64,000 nucleotides of DNA from the human T2T-CHM13v2.0 reference genome, Homo sapiens. The DNA is taken from the NCBI RefSeq assembly GCF_009914755.1, contig NC_060933.1; one strand, written 5' to 3'. The position numbers were made by a program, and so were the translations under genes. Positions 16,536-33,384 of this stretch are shown here, piece by piece. The stretch's first letter is position 1. Each line of letters opens with the position of its first letter. The notes under the pieces were generated by a model, which was not told the origin of the DNA, did no database searches, and saw nothing but the letters and a program-made list of their open reading frames with translations.

Positions 16536-18006
16536 TCCTCTCCGTTTTCCAAGATTGTTGATGGTCAGAGATGTTTAAAATACTTTGTAATTTATTTTAT
16601 CTTCTCCCACAAATAGCATATAAGGTCTGTCCTTTTAAAGTAGCAGTTTGTCAAGGAGTAAAGTTAAAAAGGAAAAGGACTTTGTCTTCAATTTACAGAA
16701 GGCAGGCAAAGCTTTCATTTGAAAGACACCAAAGCCCAAAATTCTTGCCATGTGCATACACTAAGAAGACTTTGAATCCAACTGTACAAAATCAAGTTGA
16801 AAAAAATAGTTAGGTCAAGCTCAAGGATAAACTAGGATTAGAATTCCCAGCACTTAGACTAGATCTGGGTATTTGTATTTCTTTCAGTAATTTACTTTCT
16901 GATATTAACAATTTTATTATACCTTTTATGATAATTTTTTTTGAATTAACAATCATCAGATGCGCAAAATTACTCATTTATCTGTATTACCTTTGCCTAA
17001 AATCTGGCTGTTGAAACCATAAACTCCTATCCAGGTCCAAATAGTGGCAGAACATTGTAACTGCAGGTGAAGAAGGAGGAACCACTGTCACTTGAGTGAC
17101 AGGAAGTGGTAATCCCAAATCAGATAGATCATGTGCAAGAGTATGATAAGAATATTTGAGAATTAATGAGCTTTAATATTTATTTTGCATTTCTACCAGC
17201 AATCTTTTTCTTCCTTATTGCACTCTATTTAATCATTGTTTAATCAGGAAACCCAAGAGAAGATGTGAAAAATATAGGCAAGAAGTAGCTAAGGTCCACG
17301 GTCAAGAGAAATTTGATTGTGCAGGCAACTGAAGGGGCAAATTAAGGGCAAATTACCAGCAAAAAAGTCAAATTACCAGCATCAAAGTCAGGTGCAAAGG
17401 AGGTAGAACAATTACAGTAACTATGTCAATCTTTTTGTTATATTAGTATTATCTGCCCAATGCCTAGAATACAGTGGGTCCCTAATAGTTATTAGTTCCT
17501 TTTTTCTTCCTCTTTCTCATTCTCTGAATTTATTTTTATACTTAAGGGATTAGTTACCACCAAAAATGTGTATGTATCAATTTGATTCTTACTGAAAGTA
17601 GACACCATGCAAATTACAAATTTCAAAAATAAATTATAGCTCTGCCAATGCTGTGCAGTGGCCTTAGATTATAGCTACTCTATAGCCTAAGCTTCCTGTA
17701 CTCTATACCATGAAATCTTTATCTTTCAATATGGATAATAGCTCCCCCAAATAATACATAGCACAGTGCTTGCAGCATGATTTTGGACTAGAGCAGATAA
17801 TCTTCTCTATTCCAGATGGCAACTGGGAAACATGAGGCTACTAACCCCGTACCAAGTGATAAAGACGAGACTGAGATGTGGGAAATAGAATGGACAAACT
17901 AGTGTGAATAAGGTAGGCTAGAGCTGACATCATCCCGGAGGCCTGCCCACTGGGACTACAGCTGCTACCACCGGCAAATGTTTTGGATATGTCATCTACC
18001 TTAGAT

Positions 18007-18570
18007 ATAGTCATCTGCTTTTGTTTAATTCTCGATTGCAAATTACCCCAAAACTTAGAAGTTTAAAACAATAAACATTTATTATGTCATAGTTTCTATG
18101 GATCAGGAATTTGAGGGAGGCTTAACTAGGTGTTTCTGGCTTAGGGACCTTCTTGGGGTTGCAGTCAAGATGTCAGATGAAGTTCCAGTCACCTGAAGGA
18201 TTAACTGGAACTGGAGAATGGGCTTCCAAGATGATTACTCCCACAGCTTTGGCAGGAGGCCTCAGTTCCTCTCTGGCTATTGGCAGGAAGCCTTAGTTTC
18301 TTGGGTCTCCTTAGGGCTGCATGAGTGTGCTCACAAAATAGCAGCTGGCTGTCCCCAGAAAGAGTGATACAGAGAAAGAGAGCAAGGCAAAGAATGCAAT
18401 GGCTTTCATTACCTAGTCTTAGAGCTACACATGTTACTTCCTCCATATACTATTTGCTGGAAGCAAATCACTAAGTCTAGTGCAAACTCGGAGAGAGAAA
18501 CATCAGGATCTACATTAAATGGAGAGAATAGTCAAAAAATTTATGTATGTATTTTTAAATACCAAACCTA
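18007..18570 (-). mobile_element. MLT1F/G/H-type MaLR LTR
   Basis: aaattaccccaaaacttag...aaaacaataaacatttattat, gttgcagtcaagatgtc, ggcttccaagatg, ttggcaggaggcctcagttcctc are characteristic MLT1 segments. Confidence 0.8.
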
Positions 18571-18893
18571 CAAAGACTCAAGGATCTTTCTACCCTCCCT
18601 TAAGCAATGTCTGATACTGTGCCTTACATATCTGATCTAGAATTTCATCAAATATAGAATTAAAAGCAGAATACATGAGCATACAGTAACTAGGCAGAGG
18701 AGAATTGTCTAAAAATTGAGAACACTGGCAAGAGAGATTGAAAAAAGCTGGAACAAGAGAGACACAATTTGCATTTGGAATCTACTTTAAGTATATGAAC
18801 GAAGACATTCAAATTCAAACACTTCTCAGGATAAAAAAGTGAAAGGCATCGCTTCTCCTCTGGTCATTCTGAGGCTTCATATAAGAATAGAGT

Positions 18894-21345
18894 GTTTATC
18901 AGTTCCAGGAGCCTTTTGGTGGCGTCTTCAGGGCTTTCTAGGTATGGAATCATACCGTCTATAAAGGGAGAGAGTTTGACTTATTCTTTTCCTATTTGAA
19001 TGCCTTTTATTTCTGTCTCTTGCCTGATTGCCCTGGCAAAAACTTTAAGTACTATGTTGAATAGAAGTGGTGAGAGTGTGTATCATTGTCTTGTTCCAGT
19101 TCTCAGGGGAATGCTTTCCGTTTTTGCCCATTCAGTATAATGTTGGCTGTGGGTTTTGCATAGATGGCTATTATTATTTTGAGGTATGTTCCTTTGATGC
19201 CTAGTTTGTTGAGAGTTTTTAACATGAAGGGATATTGGATTTTGTTGAAGGCTTTTTTCACATCTATTGACATGATCATATGTTTTTTGCTTTTAATGTG
19301 TTTAGGCAGTGAATCATATTTATTGATTTGCATATTTTGAACCAACTTTATGTCCCAGGAATGAGGCCTATTTGATCATGAGGAATTAACTTTTTGACAT
19401 ACTGCTGGATTTGGTTTATTAGTATTTTGTTGAAATTTTTGTGACTTCAGTAAATTATCAGGATACAAAATTGTTGTACAAAAATTAGTAGAATTTCTAT
19501 ACATCAATAATATTCAAGCTGAGAGCCAAATTAATAATGCAATCCCATTTACTATAGCCACAAATAAAATTAAATACCTAGAAGTGCATCTAACCAAGGA
19601 GGTGAAAGATTTCTACAAGGATAACTACAAAACACTGCTCAAAGAAATCAGAGATGACACAAATAAATGAAAAACCATTCCATGCCTATGGATTGGAAAA
19701 ATCAATATCATTAAAATGACCATACCGCCCAAATCAATCTACAGATTCAATACTATTCCTATCAAACTACCAAAATCATGTTTCACAGAATTGGAATAAA
19801 CTATTCTAAAATTTATATGGAACCAAAAAATGGCCCAAATAGCCAAAGCAATCCTAAGCAAAAAGAACAAAGCCAGAGGCATCACATTACCTGACTTTAA
19901 ACTGTACCATAAGGAAGGCTACAGTAACCAAAACAGCATGATACTGGCACAAAAACAGACACATAGACCAATGAAACAAAATAGAAAACCCAGAAATGAA
20001 TTCGCACACTTACATCCATCTGATCTTCAACAAAGTTGACAAAAATAAGCAATGTGGAAAGGACTCCCTAGTCAATAAATGGTGCTGGATAGCTGGATAG
20101 CTATATGCAGAAGAATTAAATTGGACCCCTACCTTTCACTATGTACAAAAATTAACTCAAGACAGATTAAATATTTAAATGTAAGATTTCAAACTATAAG
20201 AATCCTAGAAGAAAACATAAAAAATGACATTCTGGACATGGGCCTTGGCAAAGAATTTATGATTAAGTCTTCAAAAGCAATTGCAACAAAAACAAAACTT
20301 GAAAGAGGGACCTAATTAAACTAAAGAGCTTCTGCACAGAAAAAAATATATATATATCAACAGAGTAAACAGACGACCTACAGATTGGGAGAAAATATTC
20401 ACAAACTATGCATCCAACAAAGGTCTAACATCCAGATTCTATAAGGAACTTAATTCAACAAGCAGAAAAACAAATAACCTCATTAAAAAGTTGACAAAAG
20501 ACATAAACAGACACTTCTCAAAAGAAGACATACTGGCAGCCAACAAACATATGAGAAAATGCTCCACATCACTAATCATCAGACAAATGCAAATCAAAAC
20601 CTCAATGAGATACCATCTCACACCAGTCACAATGACTAGTATTAAAAAATTTAAAAAACAACAGATGCTAGTGAGGCTGCAGAGAAAAGGGAACACGTAC
20701 ACACAGTTGGTGAAAATGTAAATTAGTTCAGCCACTATAGAAAGCAGTTTGGAGATTCCTTAAAGAACTAAAAACAGAATTACCACTGGGCCCAGTAGTC
20801 CCATTCCTGGGTATATACCCAAAAGAAGATAAATCATTCTACCAGAAAAACACATGCACTTGCATATTTATTGCAGCACTATTCACAATAGCAAAGACAT
20901 GGAATCAACAAAGGTGCACATCAGTGGTGGGCTGGATAAAGAAAATGTGGCACATATATACCATGGAATACTACACAGCCATAAGAAAGAATGCAATGTG
21001 CTTTGCAGTGACATAGATGCAGCTGAGAGCCATTATCCTAAGCAAATTAATCCAGCAACAGAAAAACCAAATACCACATGTTCTCACTTATAAGTGAGAG
21101 CTAAACATTGGGTAGTCATGGACATAAAGAAAGGAACAATAGACACTTGGGACTAATGAAGGAGGGGTTAAGAGTTGAAAATCCACCTGTTGGGTACTAT
21201 GCTCACTCTATGAGAGATGAGATCATTTGTATGCCAAACCTCACCATCACACAATATACCTATGTAACAAACCTTCATGTGTACCACCTGAATCCAAAAT
21301 GAGAGCTCACATTATAAAACTAAAAAGAATAAGAATAATCAAAAT
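18894..21345 (+). mobile_element. 5'-inverted L1 (L1PB/L1PA16-type): inverted part 18894-19442 (minus), forward part 19443-21345
   Basis: Minus-strand RT fragment at 19103-19345; plus-strand ORF2 C-terminal fragments at 19830-21093; L1PB-type 3'UTR (gggtactatgctcac...ccaaacctcaccatcacacaatatacc); A-rich tail. Confidence 0.88.
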
Positions 21346-21909
21346 ACTTTTTTAAATAGTGGAGTGTTGGGAACTAAGATATTGAAGATTTTGTTAGAAA
21401 ATATAGATTAGAGTCATGCATGGATGGACACTCATAACTGCCCCCAAGTGACTTGCCTAAAAAAATTACTGTAAGTGAGAGGGACTTGGGAAGCTGAGCC
21501 CTAGATATGAGTGGGTGTTGGAATTACCACGTTTGAGTTCTAAGGCTTATAAATTGAGATCAAGGTTCTCTACATGGAAGTTTCAGTGCTATTATGTCCT
21601 TCAAGAACTTTAGGAAAACTTGTTGTTAGGATCAAAATCTGTTCATAGAGTTCTATGAGAGAGAGGAGGTGGATTTACCCATGGGTACACTAATTTTCCA
21701 AAGAAGAAAATCAGCAAAACTGCTGTTTTTTATCCAATCTATGATATTATGTATTGATTACCATTATTTTATGTAGTACCAATGGTAGCAATTACATTTT
21801 AATGTAATTCTTTCTTTTCACTTAAAAAATACTTATTGAAAGAGCTGTTTTCAGATTTAGACAGATTTTGTCACTATATCATTCCTCATACCATCAAGAG
21901 GATTGGTGA

Positions 21910-22356
<447 letters not shown>

Positions 22357-23350
22357 TGACTTCTGTCCAAAGTCAGTAAGAAGTTTCTGGTAATTTAATG
22401 TGTGGTATCCTGCACAATTCATGAGCCAGTTCACATATGTTACTCATTGCTTTGAAATTCCTTTGATCTGTTCCAAGGGATTTGGTGATTTCTCCTGTCT
22501 TCAGTTGCATTGCTTAGTGCATAATAGGCGATCCTTTTCCTGTATCTTAGTGACAACATATAACACAGTTTCAGCTACTTGTAGGCATCTTCCTTGTGTA
22601 GGTCGGGTAATGCATATAGGTATTTCTTTTGCTAGAAAATATAAAATTGAAGTCCCTTGTCCAATGACAAATATGCCTTTCTGTTTAGTTTTTACATACA
22701 ACTTTTCTTTTCAATGAACAATCATAATGTAATTGTGAGGACATCTTAAGTGCACAAATTCAGCATTCATAATGTCAGCAATGCACTAAATGTAACTGAT
22801 GTAACAAAATAGGAACAGCTGTAACTATTACTGCATGTACTAATATACTAACATTACAGCATGTCCTAATAACTCTTTTAGTGACTGCCATCTGCTAACA
22901 TTAATTACAGGACACGTTTTCATTTCAGAGGTAAAATTTAAAATAAGTACATCTTCTAAATAATGAAATAAAATTTTTCATAAAAGAATCTATTTTTCAT
23001 GCTAGACAATACTACTGTGCGTTAGCTACTTCAAGAGCTTTATCTCTGAGGATGAGAGGGGAAAAGTCATTCAACTTGCCCAAACTAATATATTATGTTA
23101 TATTATTGTGGCTATTAAAATGCAAGAAAAAATAAGTAAAACTAGTCAATAAAACAGCATGGAAGGCCCCCAAACAAACCCTGGCACATGTAAGAATCAT
23201 GCTATGGGAAAGACGGAATCATGAGGCAAGGGTAGTGAAAAAATTAAGCTGAAAAAACTAGTTCACTGTTTGGGAAAAAATTAAATAAACTTTTGTTTCT
23301 TACCATACACCAAAGTAAATTCTGGATACGTTAAAGATTTATATGAAAAG

Positions 23351-24246
23351 AGATGGCCGAATAGGAACAGCTCCGGTCTACAGCTCCCAGCGTGAGGGAC
23401 GCAGAAGATGGGTGATTTCTGCATTTCCATCTGAGGTACCCGGTTCATCTCACTAGGGAGTGCCAGACAGTGGGCGCAGGTCAGTGGGTGCGCGCACCTT
23501 GCGCGAGCCGAAGCAGGGTGAGGCATTGCCTCACTCGGGAAGCGCAAGGGGTCAGGGAGTTCCCTTTCCTAGTCAAAGAAAGGGGTGACGGACGGCAGCT
23601 GGAAAATCGGGTCACTCCCACCCGAATACTGTGCTTTTCCGACGGCCTTAAAAAACGGCGCACCACGAGATTATATCCGGCACCTGGCTCGGAGGGTCCT
23701 ACGCCCACGGAGTCTCGCTGATTGCTAGCACAGCAGTCTGAGATCAAACTGCAAGGCGGCAGCGAGGCTGGGGGATGGGCGACCGCCATTGCCCAGGCTT
23801 GCTTAGGTAAACAAAGCAGCCTGGAAGCTCGAACTGGGTGGAGCCCACCACAGCTCAAGGAAGCCTGCCTGCCTTTGTAGGCTCCACTTCTGGGGGGCAG
23901 GGCACAGACAAAACGAAAAGACAGCAGTAACCTCTGCAGACTTAAATGTCCCTGTCTGACAGCTTTGAAGAGAGCAGTGGTTCTCCCAGCACGCAGCTGG
24001 AGATCTGAGAAGGGGCAGACTGCCTCCTCAAGTGGGTGCCTGACCCCTGACCCCCGAGGAGCCTAACTGGGAGGCATCCCCCAGCAGGGGCACACTGACA
24101 CCTCGCACGGCAGGGTACTCCTACAGACCTGCAGCTGAGGGTCCTGTCTTTTAGAAGGAAAACTAACAAACAGAAAGGACATCCACACCAAAAACCCATC
24201 TGTACATCACCATCATCAAAGACCAAAAGTAGATAAAACCACAAAG
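23351..24246 (+). promoter_or_regulatory. L1 5'UTR: internal sense promoter, antisense promoter and CpG-rich island
   Basis: Recognisable L1PA 5'UTR with many retained CpGs in 23351-23850; promoter function is from established L1 biology. Confidence 0.75.
23481..23789 (-). CDS. L1 antisense ORF0 (open, 102 codons)
   Basis: ATG at 23789 begins MAVAHPPASLPPCSLISDCCASNQRDSVGVGPSEPG..., matching primate L1 ORF0; the frame is open to 23481. Expression is unknown. Confidence 0.6.
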   Translation of the reverse strand: MAVAHPPASLPPCSLISDCCASNQRDSVGVGPSEPGAGYNLVVRRFLRPSEKHSIRVGVTRFSSCRPSPLSLTRKGNSLTPCASRVRQCLTLLRLAQGARTH

Positions 24247-25260
24247 ATGGGGAAAAAGCAGAACAGAAAAACTGGAAACTCTAAAAAGCAGAGCGCCTCT
24301 CCTCCTCCAAAGGAACGCAGTTCTTCACCAGCAACCGAACAAAGCTGGACGGAGAATGACTTTGACGAGCTGAGAGAAGGCTTCAGACGATCAAATTACT
24401 CTGAGCTACGGGAGGACATTCAAATCAAAGGCAAAGAAGTTGAAAACTTTGAAAAAAAATTTAGAAGAATGTATAACTAGAATAACCAATACAGAGAAGT
24501 GCTTAAAGGAGCTGATGGAGCTGAAAACCAAGGCTCGAGAACTACGTGAAGAATGCAGAAGCCTCAGGAGCCGATGCGATCAACTGGAAGAAAGCGTATC
24601 AGCAATGGAAGATGAAATGAATGAAATGAAGCGAGAAGGGAAGTTTAGAGAAAAAGAATAAAAAGAAATGAGCAAAGCCTCCAAGAAATATTGCACTATG
24701 TGAAAAGACCAAATCTACGTCTGATTGGTGTACCTGAAAGTGATGTGGAGAATGGAACCAAGTTGGAAAACACTCTGCAGGATATTATACAGGAGAACTT
24801 CCCCAATCTAGCAAGGCAGGCCAATGTTCAGATTCAGGAAATACAGAGAACGTCACAAACATACTCCTCAAGAAGAGCAACTCCAAGACACATAATTGTC
24901 AGATTCACCAAAGTTGAAATGAAGGAAAAAATGTTCAGGGCAGCCAGAGAGAAAGGTCGGGTTACCCTCAAAGGGAAGCCCATCAGACTAACAGCAGATC
25001 TCTCGGCAGAAACTCTACAAGCCAGAAGAGAGTGGGGGCCAATATTCAACATTCTTAAAGAAAAGAATTTTCAACCCAGAATTTCATATTCAGCCAAACT
25101 AAGCTTCATAAGTGAAGGAGAAATAAAATCCTTTACAGACAAGCAAATGCTGAGAGATTTTGTCACCACCAGGCCTGCCTTAAAAGAGCTCCTGAAGGAA
25201 GCGCTAAACATGGAAAGGAACAACTGGTACCAGCCGCTGCAAAATCATGCCAAAATGTAA
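24247..25260 (+). pseudogene. L1 ORF1p, frameshifted
   Basis: MGKKQNRKTGNSK...QPLQNHAKM is split over three track ORFs, with frameshifts in A runs near 24452-24459 and 24651-24655. Confidence 0.93.
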
Positions 25261-25323
25261 AGACCATCGAGACTAGGAAGAAACTGCATCAACTAACGAG
25301 CAAAATAACCAGCTAACATCATC

Positions 25324-29137
<3,814 letters not shown>

Positions 29138-30942
29138 ACAATGAGATCACATGGACACAGGAAGGGGAACATCACACTCTGGGGACTGTTGTGGGGTGGG
29201 GGGAGGGGGGAGGGATAGCATTGGGAGATATACCTAATGCTAGACGATGAGTTAGTGGGTGCAACGCACCAGCATGGCACATGTATACATATGTAACTAA
29301 CCTGCACAATGTGCATATGTACCCTAAAACTTAAAGTATAATAATAAAAGAAAAAAAAACTTAAAAAAATATTTATATGAAAAGAAGGAAAATCATAAAA
29401 TAATTAGATCATCTCTGGTTGCCAAATGGCTGTCTAAGTGTACTAGCAAAAGAAGAAATAAATATGGTAACACAAAATTAAACACTTCTATACATAGCAA
29501 AAGGCCAGTGACAAATAAAAATATGTTTGCCACATAAATATAAAATGATAGGTTAATATTTTTAATATATAAAGAGCTCTTACGTTTAATAATAAACATA
29601 TAACCCATAGAAAAATGGATCAGAGAAATAAACAGTAAATTCACAAAAATGCATGGTAATAATAAGTAATAATGAGAAAAGTTAAATCTCAACAATTTTT
29701 TAAATGCAAGGTAAAATTAAAACAAAAGTTAAGTATTTTTCATCCATCAAGGTATTTAAAAACCAAATCCAATAGCCACCATAAATGAGAATGTAAAATG
29801 AATAGTCTCATTCTCTGCTATAGGGTTGTAAATCAGTCCATCTTTCCTAAAGCAAAATTTAGATACTATTCAAATGTATGTTTTCTTTAACAAAATTACC
29901 ATTACCCTATACTTTCAAGAATTTATCCTGAATAACAATTTAGCTATGTGCAAAGAGATTTATATGCAAACATATTTATCACAATATTATTTTTGATACT
30001 TAAAAAATCAGAATCAATCTATCTGTGCAAAACTAAATAAATAGTTAAATCTGTTATTATAAACCTTTTGATGGAATAATGTATAAGCATCACAGCTTGT
30101 CTTTTGTAGACTTTATAATGACAGAAAGATGATATAATGTCTAGTGATAAAATCATGACACAAAACCTTATTCAAAAGGAAATATTTTTAAATGTTGGCA
30201 GTACTTACACTGTATAGCAGTTAATTTTGATTTATTTCTGATACTTTTCTATGCCTAACCAAGATTTCTACAATAGCATTATGTTTGTAACCAGGAAGTG
30301 AGGGAAAAAGAGAGAACTTTGGTCAACATAATAAAAAGGCAAGAGCAATGCAGTTTTTTAAATCAGATAGTACAGATGCTAAAAGACGTCTCACACACAT
30401 TGTTACATACAATTGTGATTTATAATTGTTTTCTGTGCTTGAAAAGATAAGAATGTTGTAACTATGCTTTGGATCATGAAGAGTAAAAACCCAATATTTT
30501 ATTGGTAAGAGAAAATTCAATTTAAATATATATTTGTATAATTTCACATTATAACTGCTATGTACTTTTGCATTATTTCATAATGCAACATTTTGAAATG
30601 AAAATTAGCAGTCTATTTTATGCTAATCAAGGACTCTTGTTATCTAAAGGTTAAGGAAGCACCCAAATAAAAATAAATAAAGGCATTTTTCATCAGAAAA
30701 GACTGGATATTTTCTTCTGATTCAGAATATAGCCAAATTGACACATAACTATAGATAATTTTTACAATAAACCAAATTCTTTCAGCATCATAATTGAGAA
30801 TACACCACTGTGTACAGAACTGAAATGATCATACCAAAGTTCTTAGAAAGTTGTCTCTAAGACAGATTAGAGAATAAATTCGTCATCTTTATGGCTATGG
30901 CTTTTTCACCCCGTTCCTCCAAGGTACTCCAACTCTGATTAC

Positions 30943-31027
30943 CTTCTCCAGGATGAAGGCAAGAGTCAGCCTACATACTCATTAAAGTGGAAGATATTTC
31001 AAACAGCCTGCCACTTTCATCAGCTTG
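30943..31027 (-). other. Candidate internal exon (probably non-coding)
   Basis: ttttgtttctcatag acceptor and AAG|gtaatc donor; stops in all three frames. Confidence 0.3.
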
Positions 31028-33018
31028 CTATGAGAAACAAAATTTATTTCACTTTTTACTAGATCCCTAACACACAGAGGGAATTCAAAATGTCTCCCTG
31101 GAGACTGGAGGTTGAACACTTAGGTGGTGTTTTACTGTACTATCTGACTGTGAAAAACAGTATTTTTTTCTATGGGCATGGAAAGCCGAATGCACAATTC
31201 ACCTTTGATTGATGGGTTTATCAACAGTCACGTAGCAGTTACATAAGTAGTGTAGCTTCCCCAATTGTTTTATTAAATGGCAAATACTGTGGAAGGAAAA
31301 ATGTCATTTCTAGCAAATATGAAACTTTTAAACTATTTCAAAGTAAAGGAAAATTGAGTGGCAGTTTACCCAGCTCTCATGCTGCAAGATTTAACACACT
31401 AAACTTTTTTCCAAAGCTACACAATTTTAAAGTGATGTCTGTCTGATTTAATGTGTTTAAGCAAAAGGATTTCCCAAAACATATCTCATTTGAAACCGCT
31501 ATCCCAGTGGCAGTAAAAATGGCATCAATTACAGAAATGTTACCAACAACAAAAACATTCAATTCACCAACAAAGGTCAGCAGTAAATCTCTCTAAAATA
31601 TGTACAGCTCATAAAACTAATGGGTTTGCAACTGTGATTGAAACAGATGTTCATAAAATCAGCATTTAAACATGAAGATACTGTAAAATAAATGAAGATG
31701 AGATTAATTTAACAAGTTAATTCCAAAGCTGAATGGGGAAGAAAATTAACAGAAAGGCATACAACTCGAAGTGAGACGCATCGCATTGTAATCAAAGAAA
31801 AGAGTACTGCAGTGGGCTAACAAACTGGAGTGCATAGGAAGAACTTTGTGTAAGGAGTGATTTGAATCTAGCATTCTACCTTATACTGTTTTATTGGGAA
31901 ATTACTTTGCATTCTCAGGTTATAGCAATATAACTTTAAAAGATAAGGGCATTTGGTCAGTTTCCTTTCTTCATCACTTGGAAATAGGGGAGTCATGTGA
32001 ACTAATTCTAGTTTTACCAAAACCCCCACGAAAACGAAAAAAATTCTAGGATCATTAACAACTATTATTTTCAAATGCCAAGTTTGGGGGTGCAAAGGCA
32101 ACAGTGGAGTTCCCAGAACACCTACGGAATGTTTAAAAATTTATTTCCCAAACAGGTGTGAGCAATTATGCAAGCATCATAAACATGTGCCTATAGCCTG
32201 GCTGAGAATAGCCTCCCTGTTTGCATTTTGTTTCTACAAATCAAAGGATGCTGCGAGGGTCATTTCTGGGGCAGAGAAGTTGCACGCTACTTTACATATC
32301 CACACACAAAGCACCACCCTGAACCCGGAGGCATTTCCCATTATCCTCTTGGGTGTGAAGTAAATCTTGAAGGACTTCTTAAGTGTGCTCTCACCACTCT
32401 AAGCAGCAGGCAGAATTTGGGTGGCCTTGCCGTGCTCCAGCCTCCTGCTGTTGGCTGCAATCTTTCTTGTAGACGCTGATGAAGGGCATGAGGGCAACTC
32501 TGACTTTAAATCTTCATAAAATAAAGACAACTGTGACTGAAGTTTAGTTTGGCCTGCTTACATAAGTGAAACAGGGCCACAGTGTTTTGCACACATTTTC
32601 TGCCCTCAGAAAAAGAGGACAAAGAGGTTAGCACTGCACTGGGGCGAAAGGACTCGGCTCCTCGGCTAGGTTATGGGGAGTTTTGGTTGTAATGAAAATA
32701 GATTTCATACTAAAATAATCTTTTTAGTGCTGGCTATAGGATCGGCTCATCTGAAGAGTAGAAAGTTAACTCTTGATGAAACAGTAGGGGTCTTTCTTTG
32801 TGACTTTTGACATAATTCACCAAACAGCTCAACTTGACCAAATCAATTGGTGTATATATAAACCCTTAAACAATTAGATGCCTTTCTTTAAACAAAAGCC
32901 AGCTGTATAAGCATCCACTAATTAGCCATGTTGCACTTCTTGAGTTCTTTTGTTTTATTGACTCATCTCTTCATGCATATTATGGCCATATAGTTGAGTT
33001 CATTAAGACTGAGCATAG

Positions 33019-33384
<366 letters not shown>

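Noticed and set aside
29181-29215. G-quadruplex-capable tracts (also ~6300, ~8300, ~57680)
   Set aside because: Standard feature of L1PA 3'UTRs, not locus-specific.
30955-31030. Hammerhead-ribozyme-like core on the minus strand: GCAAG-CUGAUGA-AAGUGGCAGGCUGUUU-GAAA with a downstream CUUGC able to form stem I
   Set aside because: Stem II is mostly G-U/A-U pairs, stem III cannot form, and the triplet before stem I is ACU rather than NUH. An Infernal search with Rfam hammerhead models would settle it.
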